From Oculina patagonica (taxonomy: Eukaryota), in NCBI RefSeq assembly GCF_052425735.1, contig NC_135762.1:25916001-25980000 (forward strand): a DNA stretch of 64,000 nucleotides, read 5' to 3'. The position numbers were made by a program, and so were the translations under genes. The notes under the pieces are model-generated. The model made no database searches, had not been told where the DNA came from, and worked only from the letters and a program-made list of their open reading frames with translations. Below, one piece after another: positions 13,904 through 27,174 of this stretch; position 1 is the stretch's first letter; each line of letters starts with the position of its first letter.

Positions 13904-16900
13904 TTCTCTCTCTCTCTCTCCCCTCTTCTGTCAGTCAGTCAGTCAGTCAGTCAGTCAGTCAACCAATCAATCTTTACTTTGTAACACAAGTTTAAATATG
14001 ACAGCTTCAAGCTGCCATAGATCGATCAAATCTAGAGAAATGACAAAATAATCACATAATGACTAAAGCTATGCCTTTAATTAGGTGCGTTAGGTGGAGC
14101 TGAGAGGTTCTGAGCTGTTTGCATAACTTACTATCGTCAGAGTAAGCGATAAAGGAGACGTTGAATCCTTTGCGATGGACAGTGTCATCCGACACAAAAC
14201 GAAAGTAGATGGTTGTCACAGGAATTCTACTATCTATCGGATCTCCCAAAAGGCGTCGAGATTCCAAATAGTTGTTTGTGTACCATCCACAGGTTTTTCC
14301 GACAAATGGTAAAGTACTCAGAGAGCCAGAACCCTGGATACCGTCGCACTCGCAATTTTTGCATATTTCCATGTCAAACCTTGGAACAAAAAAAACATCG
14401 TTAGTTCCCTTTTGTTCTGCAGGAAACCCTTTAAGAAAAATGGACCACAGGACTTCGGCCTGGATGACAATCAGACAGTTGACTACAGTCGAAGCTTTCG
14501 TAAGCGGACACCCTAGGGACGCGAAAAAAGTGTTCGTAACTGGAGCTGGCCGCTTACGAGAATGGTTCTCGTAAGCGGCCACTAGAGGTGTAGGGGATAT
14601 ATGGCCGCTTACGGGAGCTTGCCCAGCTAAAAAATAACAGTACGGACGTGGATGACGACAAAACAAGCACTGAAATATGGTACTGTAATTACTGTAAAAT
14701 CATTGTGACGAACGACGATGTGAAGTTGATTGATAAAAAGAGATACAGAGGTTGTTAACAGGATTTTCTTTGGGATGTCCGCTTACTGGAGCTTAAAAAC
14801 AAAGCAAAGTTTAAGTCCCGGGGGAGGGGCACTCCCATATATGAGCTATATAGGTATGTGCCGCTGTGAAGGGTATGGTTTTCAAGGAGTTTAGTCTGGG
14901 ATAGGGTATAGAAATCAGAGAGTTTTGGTCTAGAATAGGGTATCATTTGCCGAGAAACTGATCAGTGGTATGAAGAATTAAGTCCAGAATAGGAATAGGA
15001 ACTCGGAAGAGAAAGCGGCTTCCGTAGACGTGAATAAAATCATTGTAACAACGTTTGTTGACAGATGGTTTTCCATAAAAACACTTATAGTGATGCAGTT
15101 TTAATTATAAAAAGAAGCAAGTCTGGGAAGGGGTAGGGATTTTCGGTATCTAGTCTAGAATAGGGTTGCAAAACCAGCTGAAGATGGTCTGGTATAGGGT
15201 AAGGGTTTCAGAGTCTCAGCGGCACACTCCCACCCAAAAATTTACAGGGTGTCTCCCCCCCCGGGGGGGTCTAAGTCGTAATCTCTGAAAGTGTCCGCGG
15301 CCGCTTACGGGAATGTCCGCTTGCGAGAATGTAAAAATACAGAGTTTGTATAGGAGTCACAACGGGGTTTCAAACAAGGCGGCCATAAGTAGAGCTGTCC
15401 ACTTACGAGAGTGTCCGTTAAGAGAGCTTCGACTGTATTTTGTACATATCTCTGATTTACTTGATTTAACTTGCAAAGTCATTGACGATGTCGGTAGAAG
15501 CCTTATATTCCGATTACGAAAATATCCTATTTCAGAGCTCGGACTAAAGGGAAGTCCTTAACTACCAATTTGCTGCTTAGTAAGGTTTCTAACCGTTATA
15601 TTTTGGAAATCAGAGTTCCAACAGATAAGTTCTTTTCACAGGTTTGTTCTCCTTGAAGAGTCCTTCAAGAATTTTAAATCTCGCCATATTTGAAAGGTCA
15701 CGTGACCAAAACAGGAAATAAAACTCCTAAAATTAATTAAGACGGAACCCATCCATCCTCGGAGACCCAGGGGCAGTTAGTGGGGCGAAAGGAAGGAATA
15801 AACCAGGCAGAAATCGATTTCTGCCCGGTTTATTCCTTCGTTTCGCCCCACTAACTGCCCCTGGATCTCCGAGGATGGAACCCATCAGGAAATCGGGAAA
15901 TATTAGTTTTAGTTGGACAAAAATCGAATACCAGAATAATTTAAAACCTACTGCGTTATTTTCTACCCTTTTCATAAAAGCTAAAGATTTAAGTAATTAT
16001 CCGTGATAACACCAACAACAATTTCTTATCAGAGCCTGAGAAAATGAATTTCAAAGTTCACAAGTTATGTAAAATCTCACGTGTAGCTTTTTTGTAAAGT
16101 CGTCTTTTAAGCGTTACAGTGGAATTCATAAATTACATAAATTCATGTCTTTGTTTGTTCTTAACACTATGCTAAATTAAGTAGCGAAGTTAGGTTGTTT
16201 TTGTTTCGGGCGTTTGGGCTGGTAGATGCCCTTGGGAATTCCATGTTCCAAAAACGTAGACTTTAAGCATTTCAAAAAACGCTATGCACTATAGCGTTCC
16301 CCGTTTTTCTTAAGTTAAACGATGTCTGCTATAATAACATACCTGCTGTAATAAATGTAAATCCCTTCGTAAGTATCGGGAACTTCAAGCATCCAACATT
16401 TTGTCTCGTTTATACCATAATCTCCTGAGGTAGGATAGGTCAGAACACCACTTGAAGCTGTTATGTTAGTAATACCATTGGGGCAAACTGTGATGAATAC
16501 AAAAAATATATAATCATTTTCAGTGATAGTTTAAGTATGACTTCTCTGCTTTCTTCGCTGTTTTTTTAAGCCTAGGCGGCTAGCACATGTCTACTAAGTA
16601 CCCTGGAGGCTGATCCCGACTACTTAGCAGAGAAGAAGCGTCATGTGACAACTCAATTAATAGGTTCTACGCCCTTTGGGCTCGTCAGGCAATCTTTTCT
16701 GCTTTTCTCTGCCTCGTGTAGAGGAGATTGTGTGATGAGCCCAAAACGTACAGACGTCTCTTCCACTTAGCTGGAACGAAGTATTGTGTAACAATTTAAA
16801 TAAATGACGGACGGGAGGGTAGACTATGTACAAGGGATTAAAGAACAAGGGTAAAATAACAAATTCTTCTTTCTTGTTATCGTACAATTCATATCATCAC

Positions 16901-16907
16901 CACTACC

Positions 16908-16980
<73 letters not shown>

Positions 16981-19900
16981 AGATCTTAATTGAACAAATC
17001 ACGCAATCTTATTCATCAAGTAATGATTTTCAAGTGAGCCGTGAGCTCTAAAACTTAATTGAAACCAAATTATTGCTACTAAAACTAAATTATTACTATA
17101 ATCCCGGAATTGGACCTACTAGCAGCATCTAATTAATATAGTTATAGTTAAACACCACTGAAGATGCCCGTTAAAGATCATTTCATTTCCTTACTGTCCC
17201 TACTCCATTCTCTTTTTTACCGGGGTTTAGATTCAGAACTTACTTGAGTCACACGTCCCTTTTCCAATGAGAAGCGCCAAACCTGCAAGAAAATAATAAT
17301 GAATAGAGCTATAAAATGATAAATCCCCGACAGAGCCACACACACACATACACACATACAGAAAGACAGACAGACAGGCAAACAGATGAGAGCAACCTAC
17401 AGACCATCGGATAGATCATCAGATACAGAAATACAGACAGACAGATTGACTGATCATTTCATATACACCGTGGCACCAATCAAGCAAATCTAGTGGAAAT
17501 TTCAGCTTCTTTCCCACAAGAATGCCTAACTAAGCCACGTTTTAAAGGAGAAACTCACTCCAAAATGGCCTTTTTGTCTTTGCGCCAAAGAAAAGTTTAT
17601 ACAAAGATATGTTATTCACCAAAGTTTTAGCTTCCAAAGAGCGTTAAAACTCTACGAAATCCTTTTCTGAAGTAGCCCAAAACTCGAGATGATAAAAAAA
17701 CCCGGGTAAGCAATTTCTTGACTCGAGTTTTTTCCGTATGAATTAACTTTGGCTCGAAAACCGTTGTCGATATACACTGTACTCAACACGTAATGTTACC
17801 TTTAGCCTCTGTGATGCGATTTTAGTCAAACCTCGATTTAACGAACCTCTATATAACGAAGTCTTCGGTATAACGAACGATATTCTTCAGCCCGGCCAAA
17901 GTTACAGTAAAATGTACGGATCATTTATACGGAACAGGACCTCGAAATAACGAACCTCGATGTAACGAAATCCTCGTTATAACAAACACAATCCGGAAGC
18001 CCTGGCCAAAAGTAAAATGTACCCCGATATAACGAAAAAATGTCAACGGCGCGACAAAAGGTGAATGCGAAACAGACCAACAAGGATGAAAATCCTTTAA
18101 TCCTGTAACAAGAGAACAAGTTCAAATACATATGTCCATATCTATGTGCATATATTATACATTATAAATGTTATTTTCAGAAATCGTTAATATCCTAGTC
18201 TGCGTAGCAGGCGCCTGTGTAGTTTTCCGAGCGCGCGTAAGGGCGCGAGATCGCGAGAGGACCACGCGAGGAAACTACACCGGCGCCTGCTACGCAGGCT
18301 ATTAATATCCGGCAATGTTGGGTACGTGGCAACGTAACAGCGTTAGAAACTGATTACCTCGATATAACGAACATTTTGGTTGTTTTTCCGCGAATTCGTT
18401 ATATCGAGGTTTTCGATATAACGAACAATTTTTTTTAGGACCCCGTAACGGCTCGATTTCCTACACAAGAATCTGTCTACACCATGTTTGTACATGTATA
18501 TGTGTCTTAGTAATTTCTTCAACATTCTTAATATACACTGCAAAATGTAAGTTCAGAAAGTCAAAATCCTTCATTTTACCTTAAATTCTCTTTGTCTTTG
18601 ACCATCGAAGCTTAACAAGAAATAACACGCAAACTGCGGTGATAAACATTACGAACAAACGCATTGTTGGAAAGAATTATACCTTTTTACTTCTGTGACG
18701 TTTCGTATGCATGTTTTCACATACATCTTCAGAAATGACGGTAAAATAGAATCAACAACTAAATTAAAATTCCAAAAACAATAAGAATGACAGATGATGA
18801 TGCAAATTATAATTTGCATATTAAAAATCGCAAACTAATAAGACAAAGACAAAGTTTTTCGTTGCCAACATAAGCTTTCAGGGCAGGTTTCAAATCTCTC
18901 ATAAGCAGAGTCTCCTTTATCTTACAATGGGTATCTGACCGTAATTAACAGACGCCCGGCGAAATTTCAGATACACTGAAAGGAAACGCCCGTGTACTTG
19001 AAAGGCGCTGAAGTCACGCTACAGTGTTTGAACAGTTATAACACGCTCAGAAAGATATACTGCGATTTAACTATAATTCTCAACTGACAGGTCGTTACAA
19101 GGGATTTCAGTTGTTTATTTAAGGAGAGCATATGTATGAACAGTGGGTGTCCTTAGCAGAACATTTTAACTGTTTATTATTCATGTTCAGCAAACTGTAA
19201 ATCTCTTATGTCACTCGACTTCGATCGTTTGAGCTCGCTTACATCCAAATCTAAAGCAGAGCAGTACAGCAAACTGCTTTCAAAGAAAACACGTTGAGAA
19301 TCTGGCTTGGAAATTTTATTCGAGGTACTCTGTGTATCGTGAAAAATGATCGATAAAAAACACTTTCGGTCAGGTGTGAAGGCGAGCAAATTTGCGTACA
19401 CGTTTTTGACGGAGAAACGACAAAAAACTGGAATTTTATATAACTTTTTTTGAAAACTTTCACAGTGAAAAAGAAAACATACACAGTATACAGAAACTAA
19501 AACCTCTATATAAACAAAAATTATGAGAAGGATTTGTTTTGGTGACCAACGCGTACGGTTGCTTCGCAATTAACAAATAGGGCGTCAAATCAAGCGAGAT
19601 ATGTATATGATCCAACGAGAACTGAACAGTTTTTTCTTCCGTTTTTTTGTGCTCTGCGAATTCATGAGAAGTTGTGGCTTTGGCGCATGAGTTGTAAACT
19701 ACTTCTGTAATGTCACTGACAAAATTGAACTCCCCCCTCCTTTAAAAAAAGTGGCCTTCGACGAAAAACGATCTTACTAATTTAGTATTTGCATGTGGCC
19801 ATGTTTGCTGCGATTCGCTATTATTTCAGATCAGAGTCTCACGGAAAGTAAAATTTCAAATTTCTCGTTTCTTTCTCCGAAACGAAAATAGTAATAATAA

Positions 19901-20114
19901 CATCAAGGATCAAAGAATAAAAACAAGGTAAAATTTTGTGAGTTAGTTTCGCGTTGAATGAATGAATGGTTATTAAGGCCACGCCGTACTTAGCAATGTT
20001 AACCGACTCGCCGCATGTGCGATATAAACGTGATTATTATAATAAAAACACGATTTGTTACTTACCAAGAACAGCCGCAACTGAAACAAATTGGGTTCGC
20101 TCAATCAAACGCAT
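11865..20114 (-). CDS. Tandem CUB-domain protein, paralogue 2 (323 aa)
   Basis: Exons 20114-20066, 17282-17244, 16487-16343, 14379-14132, 12932-12537, 11959-11865. Same phases as paralogue 1, open frame throughout, signal peptide, two CUB domains and a hydrophobic tail. Confidence 0.88.
12967..13327. mobile_element. MITE in CUB paralogue 2 intron 4
   Basis: Ends GGGCGCAT(C)TTTT ... AAAAGAATGCGCCCC; absent from the homologous intron of paralogue 1. Confidence 0.6.
13677..13846. other. Assembly gap flanked by tetranucleotide microsatellites
   Basis: Run of N between (CAGT)n/(GCAA)n and (CCAA)n/(CAAT)n. Confidence 1.
14486..15435. mobile_element. Tc1/mariner-type MITE with a nested CCCGGGG-ended element (~14817-15269)
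   Basis: TA|CAGTCGAAGCT ... AGCTTCGACTG|TA (TA target duplication). The inner element is bounded by CCCGGGGG ... CCCCCCGGG. Confidence 0.75.
15754..15877. mobile_element. Fold-back (palindromic) MITE with 9-bp TSD
   Basis: Near-perfect 124-bp palindrome flanked by the direct repeat GAACCCATC. Confidence 0.85.
16890..16980. repeat. (CAC)n(CAT)n microsatellite
   Basis: Direct reading. Confidence 0.95.
17823..18430. mobile_element. pogo/Tc1-like MITE remnant with a nested fold-back MITE (18196-18301)
   Basis: AGTCAAACCTCGATTTAACGAACC start with repeated TATAACGAA motifs. The nested TAGTCTGCGTAGCAGGCG...CGCCTGCTACGCAGGCTA element has the 9-bp TSD TTAATATCC. Confidence 0.65.
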
Positions 20115-22420
20115 TGTTCTTCAACAAAAAGGTTTTCGTCGTGGACTCTCTGCATAAACAGCACTGTAGCAAGCGATGGAAAGTCGCAAGGTGGACTGAC
20201 TATATATGGAAACTGTTGCTAAGCGATTCCTTACAAATAAACACTTGGAAAGCTTTACTTTGCTTCGATAATCTTGTTGTTAATGTATTGATGTAACTGA
20301 AATTATGTAACTGAATTTTTTTTATAGACTAGACTTATTGTGTCTTCGAATTTTGTAACATTGTACTGCATATAGCGTGATATTTCTACCCAAACAATGA
20401 TTGATTGGACAACATCACGCGAACAAAATCGTGTTGATTTCAGTTGCTGTTGCTAATGGCAACAACTGGCACAGTTTGCCTCAGGCGGTTCAATTTGCAT
20501 ACAAAATTAAATTTCTTTTTTCTGCTCCTCTCATGCAAGGCGTACAATCATGTTTTTACCAAGAGTTTAAGGCCTATTCTTCGAGGTGTATTGGTTGAAT
20601 GTAGAAATCTGTTGAGGAATCGACCAAACGGCTTCAGAACTATGAGCGCTCTTTAGGTCCTCTTTGTTATTTGAAGATGACATGTCTCTTACTATATCTT
20701 TACGCTCGGTGAATATTTTATAATTGTTCGATGCTTTTATTTTGTTAGTAACACATGAATGGACCAATTCTTTTATTTTATAACGTTACTCTGTGACAGG
20801 GAAACAGTCCATTGAAGACATGTTGTCTAGCCTAAAAAATGAAGCCAAGGGTGCAAGAACAAACTTCATCACCTTAGTCGATCATTGCCATTCCTAACAG
20901 CTGCTACATTTGATCTAAGTTAATTTACCACAAAAAATTAGACCGCTGTTGAAATAACTCTATGGTCCATAAATCTTGAAATGTTTGTGTTGAAGAGTAC
21001 TGTTTATTTACAATGTACAGTAGGTGTCACTTTCAAGAGTGCGGCTTCAGTAAGGCCACATTACTTTCGAAAGAAACAAAACAACAGAGAAACAACATTT
21101 AAAGCGGTACATCTACTTTATTAGCTTTCTCACACAAATTCGTACAAATCTTTATATTTTGCCCTCTAGTTACGCGCTTAGAGCGGGAAAACGTACCTAA
21201 GCAACCTTAGCTGGTCCACGATTGGTTTACGGTTTGTTGATAAAATATTATGATTTCTCTAATTGGTTAGGCACTTACTTGTAGTTTCTTCAAGCAATCT
21301 TTAACAGGGACTTGGAAATGCAAAACCCATACCAAAAGAAATACACACAACACTTTGCCGGGTTGTTCAAAAGCCGACTAACACTAATCCAGGATTAAAA
21401 GTCGAAGGACGCTTCATTTCTCTTGTATAAGAGCGTGTTTACTTTGCTAATGTTTTGTGGAGGTTGAGATCGACGTTAGCTGAAGAACTTACTTTCTTAC
21501 TACCCATCATGCCTGTGTGGCACAGAAAATATAAATAGAAAAGTTATAGAGCTGAAATCAACATTCACGGTAATCCTGGTTAGCTTATAATTATTAGTCA
21601 GTTGAGCAACCCGGCCTTGGTGCACGTATATTAAACATACAGCTGTACTTCCTCGCCAGTTTTATACCGCATACTCTATCTCAGTGTTGTGCTCTATTCA
21701 TTAAGTGACTTATATATTTTGTTGTAAACACACTCATTTTATAAGGACGTCTCATATTTTTTCGGCTGAAGCTGAATAAATTTAATCTTTACAAGATTTG
21801 AGCCTTTTTTCCCTTAATTTTTTAAAGGAAGGTCATTTACTAGCCCGACACACTTTTAAATTGAACTGCAACACTTTTTTATGTTGTTGATCCGGTCAAA
21901 AAATTTTGTTTCTAGGTTTAATTCACACCAAATGTATAAAAAACACACGCAAAATGATTAAACAACGTTTCAAGCAGATTAAATGGGACCTTTTGTCAGC
22001 CTCAACATTCTTATAAAGATGTTTCTAAATAGGACACGTAACAGTGTAACAATATCTGGAATTCAGTGAATATATAATGGGCAATTTGTCATTATGCATT
22101 AGTTCAAAATCACGCTCCAGGCGTATACTAAACTGTGTCTAAATGACAATTGTCCGAAGCGATTGATTTGCTGGAAATCGGTGTTTTAGTAAGTTATGTA
22201 CAGCTAAATAAAAACTATATTATTTTACACTTACGCGGCTTAATGAAGCGTCCAATTCTTTGCAAAAACATGGCTTGTAAACTTTATCAGTTGTTCTTCT
22301 TCGAAAAACACACAAAGAAGTAAGAAGGCGCGCTAATAAACAAAACAACGGAACAAACAGATAAACAGACAGACAGACGGGGATAAAAAGAGGTAGTCAT
22401 ACAGACAGACAAATATACAA

Positions 22421-22477
<57 letters not shown>

Positions 22478-22587
22478 GGGACAGAGCGAATGTCTGACAG
22501 ACATAAAGAGCCAGAGCTGGAGACAGCGAGGCAGGAAGCAGGCTGACAGACAAACAGACAGAGAGAAATAAGAGATCAGACAGATGA

Positions 22588-22618
<31 letters not shown>

Positions 22619-23206
22619 GAACAAATAAACACAGAACTCTGAAGTGAAAAGTGAAATTAAATATGCAAAATTTCGGTCACAATTATATTATTATTTGTAA
22701 TGAATTATTTCGTGCAACTTTGAAAACCACCATTTGGGCGCATGAACAAAAGATTTCATCTGAACTGTACAAATTCCAGAGGGCTTGGCATGCTGTGAAT
22801 TTTGTGAAACTTGCCATGGATTACAGTGTCGATACTGCCTCGTCCCCAGGTGTTCTCTTTTCGATCGTGCACGGTTCGCTTGGCGTTGAGGGACTAATGC
22901 GGATGGGAAGACGGACTGGCCCGCACCCTAACCATCAACCCTCGCGTTCCCTGTTTTCCCGCCTTACCCACCGACCGGCCGATAGGCGCCTGGGGACGTG
23001 TCAGGTGCCTAACCTAACGTTGTCTTGTATTACAAAATGCCCCAGAAAAATGAGAGCGGAAAGTCAAGTTCCGCCAAAGATGGATTTGTGTTTGTCTCTG
23101 ACATCTGCTAAGTAGGTAGTAGGTATGAAGTTTGAGTGATTAATTATTAAATTTGTTATCGGTTAAGCTCGAGCATGCACAGTGCATACGGTGCAAATAC
23201 TGTCTA

Positions 23207-23375
23207 CAGTCAACTCTCTCTTAAAGGACACCTCTATAGGACGGACATCTCTTGATCCCTTCTCTGCCGTTTTTAGTCATTTTACTCTAACTTAACTCCC
23301 TATAAGACGGACACCCCTCTAAGACGGACAGTTGGAGCCGATCCATACGGTGTCTGTTTAAGAGAGAGTTGACTG
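23207..23375. mobile_element. Tc1/mariner-type MITE
   Basis: CAGTCAACTCTCTCTT ... AAGAGAGAGTTGACTG; related pieces at ~35244 and ~35850. Confidence 0.7.
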
Positions 23376-23453
23376 TTTAGCATTGAAGTCAATGCTTGCT
23401 GTTCACACTTCTGTGAGTGACTGAAGACTTGAATGGAACACACGTGGACGAAT

Positions 23454-26400
23454 TTAAAACAGGCTGTTCTTTGAGGCAAACGTGAGCAAAGCTGAGACGA
23501 GCAGAAGCGTCAACGGGTTGCTGACGGACAGTTTCCCCTGACCTCCAACTGCAAAAAATGGAAGAAAATAAATTAGAAAGAAAATTCTCCATCTGTTGTC
23601 CTGTAAAATGCAATTACGTAAAACACAAAAGAATATAAAAAAAGACACTGGGAGAGTAAAGTGTCTGTTCACTTTAGTGTCCCACACTGGGAGAACCTTT
23701 CTTAGGCTGGACCTACATAAAAGGGCAGGGATTTCACGAATTGAAGTATAGAAAAGGGGAGAAAAATCTGTCATTTAGGTATTAAAAAGGGGGTTTCAAA
23801 ATATCACGAGCAGATACAACTGATGCATCTGAACATTAAGAGTTACTCAGGTGAACACGTTTAAAAAGGATGTGGTTTGACTACTGTAGGTAGTTGAAAG
23901 GGGTATCATTTTATATAGACGGTATATAAAAGGATTATTTTTCCTATCAAAATGGTAGAGAAAAGGGTAATGGTTTGGACCTCGGGGCAGGGCCTTCCAG
24001 TATAAACTTTATTGAGTAACAATACTCCTCCCCATTCCTGGGAAATGCAACACAGGGACCCAGACCAGGGCTCGAACCCATCCCGCCTGACCTAAAATCC
24101 GGCACACAAACATTGATTAGGCCACTACCAAGAGGGAGACATAAACAAAGAAAATACCTATCTACAATGCACATGCGTCGCCATAACACCCGAGCGGTAT
24201 CAAGTGATATCTCTAATACAAACCTGCTTTAAAGGAGGCCTTAAATCCCTTGTAGACAGTGGTAGAGTTGTCGTCGCTTTTAAAGTGCACCCAGACCATG
24301 TTCCCCTTGCTCTGAATGGAACTCGGTGTGGTACTGCCGCACATGTGTCCGCTCAGGATTTCTCCGTACTCCCCCCCGACTTTTAACTCGCCATCATCCA
24401 GGTAGTGGTAGGCTTCTCGGACCTCAACAAAATCGTTCTTGCAATTTTTGCTGTTCTCCAGTTCGAATGTGTCGAAGTCGATCTGGATGTGCCCCCCTTT
24501 AGGGGCAAATAGATACCACTGTTGTTCAAAATCTTTAGGATAGCTCCGATTCGGAATGCCAACTTTTGGTGAGCCGAACGCAATGGTTTCATCTACAGAT
24601 GCATTCAAGTAGGAAGTTGGGCCACCTGTGTAGGGAATGAGACCGTTACTAGTTTGATGTCGTTTAGTAATAATATAAAAGGGTAAAAACTCTGGGTTTT
24701 ATTTACCAGTGCCTAACACTGTTAGTCATATCCGGCGGTTCTTCTTCGCAGAGTTTCGATGGGACGTTCGTCATAGAAATCCGCTATGCGAGGTGAGTGC
24801 AGGCGCAAATGTCCGTAAGTTCAACTACACCATCAAAGCTCTATTAAGTCTCGCTTTCTTTATTAATCTCCGCTCTCTAAAGGCCCGGCCAAACGCACGC
24901 AACATTTCATTGCAACATATCCCAACATTGTTGCGTGCAATCGTTTGGCCACCCTCTTGCAACATGTTGGATGATGTTGGATCAAGTTTGAAAATGGTCA
25001 AATATTTCTTCCAACATCTCGCAACATTTTTTATGTTGCATGATGTTGTACTTGTTTGGCCACGTTCGCGCAACATTGTTGCGCTGGAGCATGCGCACTA
25101 GTTTGATTTGTGCCATCCAACATACTGTAACTTATCTCAACAGGGTGGCCAAACGAGTGCAACATGTTGTGCACAACAATATTGCGATATGTTGCGGGCA
25201 CTATCCATCCGGGTATTTTTTTCGGACGGACTCTATTTTAACAATAGAGTGTTTCTGTCGAGGAACTATCGGCTGATAGTTGCCCCGCGGAAATTTGATG
25301 TTCTTAAAACAAATATTAGCCCGAGAAGCGTAGCTTCGAGGGCTAATATGTTAGTTTTAAGAACATCAAATTTCCAAGGGGCAACTATCAGACCGATAGT
25401 TCCGAGACAGAAACACTCTATTGTCTTTATTGTTCACCACTAAATTTTCTTCCGCGCGCACATACAAAAACAAGCATCGTGAATTATTTTTACTTTTCAG
25501 GATAAAAAGCTCAATTGAAAGCCGAAATTTAACAAACGAAACAAAACCAGACGAGAAATCCACTAAACGCAGTGAATTTGGTTGGGGTATTTGTCTGCAG
25601 GCAGCTTGTTTACAAATAACAGTCACGGGCGGGCACTATCGATCCGGGCATTTTTCACGGGAGGGCACTATGGGCTGATAGTGCCCTCTGGCGGACGGGC
25701 ACTATCGCGTCACGTGTTCAATTTAAACCAATCAGAATCGGAGAAAATTTAGTGGTGAACTATAAGGGCTGATAGTGCCCCCCGCGGATGAACACTATCG
25801 CGTCACGTGATCAATTTAAACCAGTCAGAATCGGAGAAAATTGGTGAACTATTTGCCTCATAGTCTGAGTTTTTGAGCCAATAGTCGGAGCTGAGAATTT
25901 ACTTAAGTCTGATAGCCGAAAGCTTATGTTTTTTAAACTCTCTCTCTTTTTTAATTGGCCTATACGATGTCAAAAAATAGTTTAGAATGGCTTCAAACTG
26001 GCTTTCCATCGTTCGGAATGCACCAAATGGCGCAAGTTCATGATTTTCTAGATTTTCGAAATGTTCCAGGGAAAGATACCACCGAACCGGACCTCCCCAT
26101 ATACATACATCCTACGTTACCTTTAGGACCCCGTATATTTTTAAGGTCAACCCCCCGGGAACTAAACATAAATTTTCAGCCAAACTTTGCCAACTGGATG
26201 ATTACCTTAAGGGAAGTAGAATTTAAAACAAAAAGGGGGCGGGGTCACCATATTCGTTTAGAAGACCTTATAGATGGGACATTGGGGTTTGCGGTCTTGC
26301 GGTATTGGCCAATTTTTCATGCGGTATTTCCGTAATTTTAATCTTGAATTGCGGTATTGCGGTATTCTCCAAACCTGCGGGATGCGTTTTCTTAGCGTTT

Positions 26401-27120
26401 TGGTCTACGATAGTCGGTACAAAAACTTATCCTTCGCATTTTTCCGAATATCTTTAGCCGTTCTTGGTCGTTTCGGAAGCAAGCTGAAACAACCTAATTT
26501 TGTCAAACATTTTTTTATCTACAATTTGACTGTTTTAACAACCAGTTTAAAGTCGTGTCAGGGTTTTTACGGTACCACAGGTTTGTTTTTGCCTCACTTT
26601 TCGCACTCACGTCAACAATTCCGCCAGCTATGCAAGCTTTCTATGAAATTGCGGTATTTTCCGAATTGTTTTGCGGATTGCGATATTTGCCGATTTTTTT
26701 GCGGTAATGCGGTGTTCAGTACCCCCCAATGTCCCCCTCCTTATATATACTGCATAATTCCTTAAAAATTCCTTTGCGAGTGTTGGCAACTGAAGCACAC
26801 GTTTCCGGTGATAATTTATTTTTCAAACAAAGAAATTGATCTATATTCATTTTATAGAAAGAATTTTATCACTACACTCAAAATAAGAGAAAGAACTGAT
26901 AGGTCACCAAACTCATTTACGACGAAACGACGATTTATCTCTCTCGCGAGCTCGAGCGAAGCCGGATAGAAAAAGGCCGCCATTTTGGTTACGTGCGAGC
27001 GCTAATTATGCGTAAAATTCTGCGAGTAAAGGTGGATTTCATTGGCGTAAATATTTACGTACGTAAACGTGGTAAAAATTGTTTCTTGGTATTTTTTTTT
27101 TTTGTTTTTTTTTTTTTTTT

Positions 27121-27174
<54 letters not shown>

